Below, piece after piece: positions 1 through 11,590 of a stretch of 64,000 nucleotides of DNA. Numbering within the stretch: the first letter of the stretch is position 1; the number at the start of each line of letters is the position of its first letter. This stretch comes from Hormiphora californensis (lineage: Eukaryota > Animalia > Ctenophora). The stretch covers positions 4,898,001-4,962,000 of the forward strand of contig CM035350.1 of NCBI GenBank assembly GCA_020137815.1. Direction: 5' to 3'. The translations under genes were made by a program, and so were the position numbers. Below the pieces are notes generated by a model that saw only the letters and a program-made list of their open reading frames with translations, did not search any database and was not told the DNA's origin.

Positions 1-385
1 GGCACTATCCTCATGCCCAGCCTAGCATTATGATGGAAATTGGAATACTAGGTTAGCTGAGTTCGGTACAATACCCTGAATCGTCTTCCACGCGTGAATC
101 AGCATGTATCGTTGTCTCCTACGTTGGAGAGACATAAGGTCAAGCAGTTTTAACCTTTCCCAATAGTCCCGATTCTGCATTCCGTCCAGACGTCTGGTGA
201 AACATCTCTGGACGTTCTCGATTGCCTTGATATCACTGGCTTTGGATCCAGACCAGGCAACAATACTCTAGGATAGGCCTGACCAGGGATTTGAATAACA
301 TCCGGAGAGCGGTCTCTGAAGACACTGAATATCCACCCAGACAAAAGGGATGCCTTGCGTACCACGTACCATGTACCATGTTACC
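1..385 (-). mobile_element. Degenerate 5'-truncated non-LTR retrotransposon (CR1/L2-type) ORF2 C-terminal fragment
   Basis: Minus-strand translation across frameshifts gives KASLLSGWIFSVFRDRS...LFKSLVRPILEYCCLVW...SDIKAIENVQRCFTRRLDGMQNRDYWERLKLLDLMSLQRRRQRYMLIHAWKTIQG, the typical post-RT region of CR1/L2 LINEs. Runs off the window start. Confidence 0.85.
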
Positions 386-570
386 ATCCCCTCGAAAAAA
401 TAATCCATGCCTGTCGCCTGATTGCCTGGCCAGTGGGGTGGCCACTGTACACTGAGTGACCACTGGCCACCCCTAACAATAGAATCAGGTTATTACGGAT
501 CGCTATGGCAGTTCTTCTTTCGGTTTTGACATTTCAACATTTTAGTAAGAACATCGTATGAAACCTCCAG

Positions 571-3500
571 ATGAGCTCTTTCCCAACACTTCAAGAGTTG
601 GCCACCGATACAGTCTGCAGAAACATTGATCTTATCTTTTCGAAAAAGTAAGCCACCGCACGCATTTCATTCTTCTTTTAACCATATATTTTGGATATCT
701 GCTAGTTTTCAAAGTCGAATCTTTATTAAATCCCGCCATTTAGGTTGCCAAAGATCAAAGAGTATTTAAGACAGAACCAATGTAGTGATACAACCGACTT
801 CTTTGTGGACCAGAAGGTATTTTAGCAATTGATTTAGAATCTCATTGTCTAGCACTATCGACTCAATTTCTAATCATGATAACTCTTTTTCACACCTATG
901 CAAACATTCCTTCACCAATAGTATATCCAGATATATATCTTCCTCTGCCCCATAACAGGAGGCAGTACAGAATACTAATGGGAAGGCTACGTATGACCCA
1001 ATCGACACTATTCGGCGGTATTTGACTTTCCAGTACCTACCACCGGTATGTGGACATTCTCTTACTCTTTCTCTATTTCTCGGGAGTTTTTGTTTGTAAA
1101 AGAGTAACTTGGCATGCCCCGTTTTGACAGTCAAATCTCTCCAAACAACACTATCTTCTCATCAGCTTGTGTGGAAGGAGAAGTACAATTCAAAACTTAA
1201 CAAGATAATTATTGGTCTGGAAATCGAAGGAACGAAAGCAGAGGTCCCAATATTTAGAGCGAGGACCCCCCGTGAAACAGCAAAGAGGAGAGAGGACGCC
1301 AAATTCGTTGCAGCTGAGGTATGGTCATTTCGGAACCTATCCCATTGTCCCAAATTGGTTTTGAGCTTCTCTAAGTTGTCTCTCTTCCTTCTCCCTCTCT
1401 TTCCCCCTGTCTCTGTCTCTGTCTCTGTCTCTGTCTCTGTCTCTTTCCCTCTACTTCCGTAACAGTGGCAGTGATCTAGTGAGAAGAGAGGGAGATAGAG
1501 ATAGAGGGAGGCGAGAGAGGCAGTGATATAGAGGGAAGGGAGGGATCTGTAGACACATTATTTATCTCCATTCTCAATCTGCAGTTGATGATAAAGAAAC
1601 TATACTCAAAACACCTCCAAGACTCAGTGCTGAACGATTACTTAAAACAGAAGGCCAAGATTCCCGTGAGAGATAGGAAAAGTGATTCCTTTCTCAGACA
1701 AGATGTACCGGAGTGGGTGGTCTTATCTGTAGATGACCTAGTTTTTTACGGTAACTAAATTATAAATACCTATTGTAACACGGTAGTTATAACTTATATT
1801 ATGTAAGTTAGTAGCTAAATAAAACAAAGATCCCTACTTTCAGGAATTCCGGTGAGTGAGAGGTGGGAGATACTCCGTCGTGTCCCAGAACACTTACTAT
1901 GTAGATCCCATTTCCTCATGTTCCTTCCCCCCGGCGCCACTGAGGTTGATTTCTCCCTGTGTCCCGCCCTAATTTCCTCAGACTTCCTTAAAATCGTCAC
2001 CAACAAAACACAAGTTCCAAATGAAACTGGCGACAAGGTAATGCTCCTTTTTAAACTCTGTTTTCTATTTCTCCCACCCCTTGTTCTAGATGAAAACCCT
2101 GAAGTGGTGATATATTAAGATAGTGAATGTAACACGGAGTGCTAGCAATTGTTTTGAATTTTGAGTAATCCCAGATGTCTTCAAATTGCGCTCATTTTAA
2201 TGCTTACTATTTTCACTGTTGACAGTCTATAAAATGAAGACATCCCGTGGTAATATCATAGAATTCTATACTATCTACATCACCATTTTTTGTACACTAC
2301 CATTTCTATCTTTCTATCAGTCTCCTCCACCTTGACAATTCAACGATTATCTATTGAAAAGCATGGCCTAACCCATTCTCTCCCACACACACAATGACAT
2401 ACTATGTCTTCCTATTCGATCTCCCAACTCTCTAACTTTGAACACAACAGAAACGCCCAGAGGTGGAGAGAGTTAACTTTTCTGACTGTACTACTCTAAC
2501 TGATGATATGGTCAAATTGGTACTCAAATCTTATCAAGAAAATATCCGCTCGCTAAACCTCAACAGGTGAGTGCAGGTGGGTACAAAGTGCAGGTGAGTA
2601 CAGGTGGGTACATGAAGTATTGTAAGCGGACTCTAGTGCTAAAATCACGAAAAGCGAACTCGAGATTTCGACTGTTTGGCCGGAAACGAGAGTTTGCTGT
2701 GCCTCTATACTCATTTAGAAGTGTTAGGGTTCAAAGTATACAAGGTTGTATTAGTTGTATTATTATAGGTCATGTTATCATTATAGTGTTAGTAGAGTAT
2801 ACCGGCGGCCTCTAGGGTTGGACAACATGTAAAACACTGTGGTTTGTTAACAGTTTCGGCGTCAACGCCTTCTTCAGAACTAAAGAAAATGGTAACTTTA
2901 CAAAATGAATACATCTCGATAGATCAACTAAATAAATTACTACAACACAACTAAAAACTAAAACGACCACAAGTACTAAAAACGACTACAACGACCTAAA
3001 AATTTCTAAAACGACAAATAACTACTAAACCCAAAAACTAGAGAACAAACTATTAAACGGACACACAGGTCAAAACCGGGTCAAGAAAAGAGAGGGGGGA
3101 AAGAGAGAGCAAGGGGGGTGCACCCAAATATGGTATAACTCACCAGAGGGAAAAACCGGTTATACTAGGTTGGACAGGTTGCAATATATGTTACAGCTTG
3201 CACCCAGTATCATAGTGGTTAACCATCCTAGGGGCCACGCTACGAGACGCTGAACCGGAACCCAACACAAATAGAATAATAAATAAATAAACGCTAATAA
3301 AACCAAAAATTCAAGGAGCTAGGGGGTTAGGGGGGGGGGGGACAAGTATGGGTAACTGTCGTTTGTAGTTCAAGTTTGTCATTGAGGGAGGGTGAATGTG
3401 ATGTGATCAATACTGCCTCCAGTGCCTTCCTCCGTACTGTTTTCTTCTCAATTCCTAAAATTGTTAGAGAGATATCGGCAGGTTGGGAGGGGTGTACCTG

Positions 3501-6500
3501 GAGGTAGTGCTGACCCATGGCGTTGTTAGGGTAGGACGAAGGACGTCTCGCCGCTCGGAGGTGTTCACTCAATCTGTCGTGTATCGGACGGTAGGTCTCA
3601 CCAATATAAGTGGCTTCGCACTTATTACACAGTAGTTTGTAGACAGCACCTCTGGTGTTGCACCCACCTTTCTCGATCAACGGACAAAGTTTACAATTAA
3701 CAGGGTTATTCAGACTACACTTAGGCGAGTCTAGTGGCCTCGAAGCAGTGAGGGTTGACCGAAGTGTACGACCTGGTAAGAATACAGGTGTTATGGGTAA
3801 TTTCTTCTTCTTCAGGTAAGCACGTACTCGTTTAGTCTCCCCTTCTGTAGTGTACGGGAGGGTCAGTATCGTGTAATTGTCACTGTTGTGCTTACGTGAC
3901 CCTTTGTTTTTCTCGTTGTTGGGGGGTTGGGTTTGTATCCGTTCCTCACAAGTAGGTCATTGACCATCCCAAACGAGTGCTCCAGTTCTTCAGGAGAGGA
4001 GGTCTCCTCCGCAGTGCGATAGTAGGCCTCGACAACCGCTTGTTTAGTTTTATCCTGGTGGTGGGATCGTTGGTTAAGGGTGATGGACTTGTTGGTGGGT
4101 TTGCGGTAGTACCTAGTACTCAAATACCCTTCAGATGTAACTTTAATCTCTGTGTCGAGAAAGGGCACCCACTCACCTGGTTGGTTTGGGAAATCAACTT
4201 CCCAGGCTATGCGTCCATCTATATCGTGGTTTCGATATAAGATCACACCTTTCTATTGCTTCAGTTTCACTGCGAGCAAACCCACTTGCATCGTCAACGT
4301 ACCTCTTATAATAGCTTAGAGCTATGTAGTGTGTGTCTGTGTAGATACTTGCCCTTTCCACCCGCTGCCAGTCGAATCATAGCTGCAGGTGGGCTCACGG
4401 CACATCCCATGAACACACCGTACTTCTGTTTGTAGAGACGGTCTGTTAAAGTGAAAAAGGAGTTATCAAAGACAGTCTCTAGGATGAGCTGAAGGTCTGA
4501 CAAGTGTAGCCCAAACTTTCTACCAACTCCCAGTTATCTTTGGCAAGGTCAATGATATCTGAAACACATGCTTGAGGGTTAACGTTAGTAATAGTGCTGA
4601 CACGTCAGCGGAATAGAATTGATATCCCTTCAACTCATCCTGAGGGATACTCTTGAGGAGTTTAATGTGGTCATGGATACCTGTGAGGTTAGAGGGGAGG
4701 GTAGAGAGGAGGGGGGCGACAATACGGGCTGCTAGAGTCGCTAAGGGTTCGGTAGGGGAGCCAGAACAAGATACAATAGGCCTGACTTTTATATCAGGGA
4801 GGGGGATGTGGGAATCCAGTTTGTGTTTGAGTTTGTGAGTCTTTATGAGTGTGTACATGACCGGCAAAGCAGAGTGTTTCACGTGAAACATGTTGGTATG
4901 AGCTTTCGTGAAACCTCTCACCTTACATATGAAGTTCCACACGCCATTACACTCGTTCTCCACGTCTATAGTGCATTTCTGAATTTGAGCAGAAAATGAA
5001 ACCTCAGTTGGAGACTTGATAGGCACTGGAGCGAGTTTTCCCTGGGCATGACGTGTAGGTTTAATGAATTCATACGCATTGTGATTGTCTTGTATGTGTT
5101 GGTTAGTCATGGTCAAGTACAACTCCTGGGGGCAAATAACAAAATCTCCCCCCTTATCACTAACACTAATGTGCACCTCGCCCTTTCTGGCTTTGAGTGA
5201 TTTCAGGCCCTTCACCTCAGATCCAGTAAGGTTAGTGGTCATCTTGGTACTACCATATATTCCCACTATAAACTTAGATAGGTCATACATGGCAGCATCA
5301 ATATGCACGTTATCACTAGGGACCTTGAGATGAGGTGACCTAAATTGAGGGCAAGCTCGTTTTACCCTTTTGTAAGGGCTCTCAGTATTAGTTTCAATAT
5401 TCTCATCACTCTCACTCACAATACCGTCATCAGATTCTAACAACTGGTATCTTTCGATATCAGCCCTTGTCTTCCAATTAACAGCACACTGTGTGAGACT
5501 CGTTCTCACTTCCCTCTCTTTTCTTGACCCGGTTTTGACCTGTGTGTCCGTTTAATAGTTTGTTCTCTAGTTTTTGGGTTTAGTAGTTATTTGTCGTTTT
5601 AGAAATTTTTAGGTCGTTGTAGTCGTTTTTAGTACTTGTGGTCGTTTTAGTTTTTAGTTGTGTTGTAGTAATTTATTTAGTTGATCTATCGAGATGTATT
5701 CATTTTGTAAAGTTACCATTTTCTTTAGTTCTGAAGAAGGCGTTGACGCCGAAACTGTTAACAAACCACAGTGTTTTACATGTTGTCCAACCCTAGAGGC
5801 CGCCGGTATACTCTACTAACACTATATATCTTCATGCGGCTCATAAACATTTGGCCATTACAAGCTCTGTCATGTTATCATTATTAGCATTTCATATTTT
5901 TGTTTAATTCCAATCAGCCAGTTATAACCAAATTGTTTTAGACAAATCATAAAACATACAAAACATAGTGTACTCATATTAACAGCACATCACCTGAAAC
6001 ATTATAGTTCATTGAAACTCGATAAAGTTCCCCCGGTACACTAGTCACGTGACTTGTATACCTAATAGTGACGTCACTAGGCCTGTAAGATTTTCAGGAA
6101 CGGGAACACCAGAATACTTCCCACGACCAGCCCCACAGCACTTGCCCCGGCTGAAAAAGATCCAGCCAGTGACTTCTCCCCCTTGCTCTGTACCTCCTGA
6201 GGCCCATACGCTGCGGAAAGGGACAGAAGGTGGCCATTCGTCCAGGAGAGAAGGATGTTGAAGACAGCCGGCCACGCATCAGACGCAAACCAGATGGGCA
6301 GGACACGGGGTTGCAGGTTACACATGTATATTAGAGGGATGAACACCAGTCTGCAGATCGCGGCAGGGAGAATGATATTCTTGGAGGGGTAGGAGAAACA
6401 ACTTGATGTGATCCGACCCAGGACATCTCCAATGTTGAACAACAAGAAGGTCATTACAGGGAGGAAGTATGTACTGTTCCATCTGTTGTCCTCCTCACCA

Positions 6501-7507
6501 TGTACAGGTCTCAGGGAGGAGAGGGCCGCTGGGAAACACGCCAGGGTAATCAGGAGAGTTATCAGACTTGTTAGACAATACTTCCATATCTTAGTAAACA
6601 CTGACCAAGCTGAGAGATCCTTCACATCATCATCTTCATCTTCCACGCTCTTCTCCCCTCCTCGGGCAGTACTATCCTTGACATACTGGCTGGAGCTGAA
6701 GATTATGTAGGCTGCCAAGGAGAGAGCTAGGGAGAGAGTAGCAATGAGGAAATAATAGAAGCCAGCATTTACTGGGTCTGTACCAGGGATGGATAGAGTA
6801 ATGATACTAATGACAGTAGCGAATAGTCCAGCTGCTCCCTGACCTAGATAGAACCCCTTTATAGCGTTGGGTGTTAGCATGCTCCCGGTGGCCATCATGC
6901 CCGATATGTAAACAGCAGACACAGCACACGCCACGCAGAATGTGGCATTGGAGAAGTAGAAGAACCCGTATGCCCAGGTGTTCGTTTGGAGTTTACTAGT
7001 AATGGTCATGGCAAGGAAGATGGCAAGTGCAATACCGTTACAGAGCAACATGAGAGGCCTTACAGGGAGCCGTTTAACCAGCGCCACGGAGCTCAGAGAG
7101 AGGAGGACATTGGATCCGATACCCCCAATTTGGAAGTATGTTGGGTAGGAAGTGGCAATGGTGGTGCTGTTTGTGGCAGCGAACTTGACTGCAAAGTAGC
7201 CCGTTGCTGTTATCACCATGTTCCAGGGAAGAAGGGATGCCACTCCAAACAGGACCATGGAGAGGTAGACAAGGAGAGAGGTTCGGTGGGAACATTGCGG
7301 TGCAGTCTTGTCCAGCAGCGGTTTATTTTCATCCATTGTAGTAGGTGTGCTAGAGAGGGAAGAACGGATTAAAGAGAAATATACATCATGGTTGAACAAG
7401 TGAAAAAACAAGACGTGTGCCTTGATAACAGGGGGCACACAACGTTCAAATGAAATTGAGCTGGCTTACAAGATAGGAAGGAAAGAAGGAATGTGAGAGC
7501 GAGAGAA

Positions 7508-7604
<97 letters not shown>

Positions 7605-7627
7605 GAAAGAGAGAGAAAGAGAGAGAG

Positions 7628-7698
<71 letters not shown>

Positions 7699-10600
7699 GA
7701 GAGACAGCATGTTATCATGTTGCTTCTTATCAACGAGAATTCACCGGAAACCAGTACACATCAGGTAAGAACAAGTTCAAATTTACCACCGAGTCACAAC
7801 TTTATATTACCAATTTCTACTATTAAAACATAATTATCATCAAATCAATTATCAAGCGAGAGTCTTGACTCTTGAGTGATAACAATTAATATGACGTGCT
7901 CTCTCGTGCTGTAATACAGCCGGTGATCAATAACCTGTCGTACATGCTTGGTCATGTGTGTGGGTGTTGTGTGTGTATGAAGTGAGTGGGTGATGTCTAC
8001 AGCAGTTCAGTGCATATTTAATACAATATCCTTGAGTCATGAGTGACTTGGTATCAAGTGACGAGACACCAACTAGTTGCAACTCGCCCAATTTATGCAA
8101 GCTAGTACTAAGCTGCAGATCACAGTAGAAGGTGACAGCTGCAAATCAGCCATAACTAAAAATGAAATACTGCGAAGAAAAACAAACATCATTACACTCT
8201 GAGAGACATATAACCGGGCAATGAAGGGGACAATATAATATATTCTGTTGATTTAGCAGTTTCATGGCATGCAAAGGAAGTGAAGTATGTGCATTATTAA
8301 TATGTAGCGGGGGAAGGTATCATGGGACCAAATATAATGAACAGTTGAAACTTTAATATACCATCCACGACCATGGTCTAAGGGCACATGGTGGCATGTA
8401 ATTTAATTTGGGGATTTATCTCTCTTTTAACTTGCCCTTTTTAACTCTCCCTCACATGGCAATACAACATCTCGGTTGCTATGTGTAACTAGGTTGTTGA
8501 TAGGTCAAATTTCAATTTTTATTATTCACACCGAGACAGAGTGTTTTCATTCAACTTCTTTCTTTTAGTTATGTTCTAACCCTCGCACGAAACACAGTCT
8601 AGCTAGGCGATCAACTTCCCTATTAACCCCCTGTAATAACTACTATACTATTCCAGGTGTACTGGAGTGAACACAGATAGTGTGTTCAGACTAATTCAAA
8701 AGTACAATGTGTCCCTGAAGGAGCTCTATCTGGCCGGAACTAGGAAACAAAAAACCAAATATTTTCATCGCTTCTTTACCCAGGTGCCAGATGCACACCG
8801 TATTTACGCCCTCGATCTTTCCCGTGAGTTCTTCCTGTGTCACTTCCAAATGATTTGTTATTCTTCGTTGCAGCTCTAATTATATATATGTCCAACTCCC
8901 ATCAAATGTAACAGGAACCAAATTGTGTGTTGACGAAGTGTTCATGATATCTATGAAGTGTCACCGACTACAGAAACTGAACCTTGCTGAGACAGAGATG
9001 GCGGAACAGTGTTACTGCGAGGAGCATGATAATATTGTGGATTTCACAACTACCACACTTAAACAGCTCAGGGTAGGTGCAGTATGTAGGGGGGGGGGGT
9101 TGGTGTATCAACAGCTGCTCTAGAACTGTGACTCGGTCAGAAAATGGTATTTTGGAGCGAGTTACATACAGTTGCTAACCTCCATTTTTGTGAGATCTAA
9201 CATCCCCTTTCTTCCAGGAACTGAACGTGTCATGTAGTAACGTTGCCCCTCACATCCTCTCTCTGCTGGTTAACAATAACCCGGGGCTGCAGAAGTTGTT
9301 TGCCAGCACTAGACGCCTTATTACCCCTGATGTGGGTTCCATAGTGGAGTATAAACATTTGAAGAAATTGGCCTCCCTTGACGTTTCATTTGTAGGTTAG
9401 TGTGTGTACACTGTTTAAAGTTTAGTGGTGAGAGAGGGGTCTCATACCATGTTTAAAGTGGGGTGGTTGAAAGGGCAGGGGACCCCTGAAAGAGTCTCGG
9501 GCATGATAAGGAGTTTATAATGGTGTCTTCCTGATAAAAACTGGGTAATTCAGTTATGCAGCGTCTCTCTAAACATCCTTCCCCTGACTTCTCTCTTCCC
9601 CTAAAAGATGCGGGTTTTGAGGATTTTATCAATATAAAACATGTTCTGCCTCCGTCTATCAAGTTTATAGACGCCAGTGGTTACTTGGACCTGGATATCT
9701 CTCATCTGGCTGTATCATGTCCCTACATTTCACATCTCATACTTAACTCCTGCAAATTCGGTGAGTTGAGGTGATGAAATTACGGAGAGAAAGAGGGAAA
9801 GATGAGCCTGGTTAGTGTAGAATAAACACGCTTTAGTCTTGGCTACACTTTTGGGAGATTAACCCAGATTAACCTTTTTTTTCAGCTACAAATTTACCTA
9901 TGATATCCTATAAAGACGATATGGGGACGATATGTTACGTTTCACACAGCCTGAACAACTTCAAGTATCTCACAAGGTGTGTCACTTTTTCCATATCCCC
10001 CTGTACAGTGTGTAACTATTAATATTATCCCAGTTTCCCCGACAACCTTGTTCTCCTTTCTCTCTCTCTCTGACAAATGATATCATAGCACTGGCAAGTG
10101 CCCCGGGCCCAAAAGGGGGGTGTGGGGGCACAGCCCCCACCATAAACGGGGGTGTGGGGGCAGAGCCCCCACCTTAGAAATACCCTCTAACTCAAAAAAC
10201 AAAAGAGAGAGCACACGCAACACTTCTACACACAAGCGCGTGAAAACCTGCCAGTGCTACTATATACCATTGCAGATTTCGAGGTTTTTGATGCTTTAAA
10301 AAAGCATGTTCCAGATGAAGTAGAGAGCTGAAATTTTGTACTCTAAGGGCCCTCATATAGGAGAAGAGGCATGCAAATTTTCAGAACGATCGGATGTAAG
10401 GTAAAAATTTGCCAGAGGGGTCCCAAAATGCAAAAATGTAAAGGAGGGGAGGGGGAGGACGCTTTTTTATCTTTGAGTGTTCTCCTAAACCACAAATAGT
10501 AGAGACTTGCCGTTTAGAACAGTGGTTCCTTACATCATTGCGCTCGGTAATAGCTGTGTGAGAACTTCGAAATCGCCATAGTTCATTAATTATTCATTAA

Positions 10601-11559
10601 TTAGTCATTAAATATTCATTTTAACCATGGTTGCGATATGACACGACTGGAAGGTCATAAAGACTTGAAACCGGTCTTATTCGACGCGGAATGGTCGGTT
10701 TATGGGGGGTCTTACTCGGGACAAAAATCTCTATCTCGCACCGTTAAGCCGTTATTTGCATATTTATGCACCTATTCACGATTTTATGCATATTTTCAAT
10801 ATTTTCACTTCGGCTGGTCCTAGAACGTTTTCATGGACATATTTCGACGCAAAATAGTCGATTTATGGGGGGTCTTCCCCCAGACAAAAAGTCGTATCTC
10901 GCACCGTTTAGCCGTTATTTGCATATTTATGCACCGATTCATAATTTAATGCATATTCTGAATATTTCCAGTTCAGCTGGTCCTAGAACGTTTTCATGGA
11001 CATATTTCGACGCAAAATAGTCGATTTATGGGGGGTCTTACTCGGGACAAAAATCTCCATCTCGCACCGTTAAGCCGTTATTTGCATATTTATGCACCGA
11101 TTCATGATTTAATGCATATTCTTAACATTTCCACTTCGGATGGTCCTAGAACGTTTTCATGGACATATTCCGGCGCAGAATAGTCGATTTATGGGGGGTC
11201 GTCCCCCTGACAAAAAGTCGTATCTCTCACCGTTTAGTCGTTATTCGCATATTTATGAATTATTCAAATTCGAAAATATGCAGAAATCAGAAAAAATTCC
11301 GAAAAAATAGCTTTTTCTATTTTACACCAAAAAAAAACAGAAATTTAGTCCAAAAACCAATTAAATAAATTAGTTTGGATGCCCGGGCCCATGTGGTGTC
11401 ACGGGGGTAACACCTTTAGGCTACTGTCATAAATGATGGATATCGAGAGAGATTAAGACAAGAAATTAGGATAGAAAGAGTGAGATATAATCAAGAAAGA
11501 CGGAGAGATAAATAAGAGGAGAGAAAAAAAGAAGAGAGATTAGTGAAAGAAACAGTGAT

Positions 11560-11590
<31 letters not shown>

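Larger units (their letters stand above)
2785..5868 (-). mobile_element. Penelope-like retroelement (RT + GIY-YIG), 5'-truncated, with inverted pseudo-LTR and 16-bp target-site duplication
   Basis: Minus-strand ORF pieces 4520-5509 (VSDKGGDFV, KTHK, RPIVS), 4306-4503 (YKQKYGVFMGCAVSP), YKRYVDDA near 4290-4310, 3863-4246 (PFLDTEI, YYRKPT) and 3327-3680 (GAVYKLLC...YIGET...RLSEH, GIY-YIG). Inverted repeats at 2782-3096 and 5512-5826. gtcatgttatcattat occurs at 2769-2784 and 5869-5884. Confidence 0.95.

Noticed and set aside
7369-7768. ORFs of SLSL/ERER (also 17300-17626, 21783-22384, 23564-23874, 41409-42345) and CVCV/THTH (59687-60058)
   Set aside because: Translations of GA and CA microsatellites.
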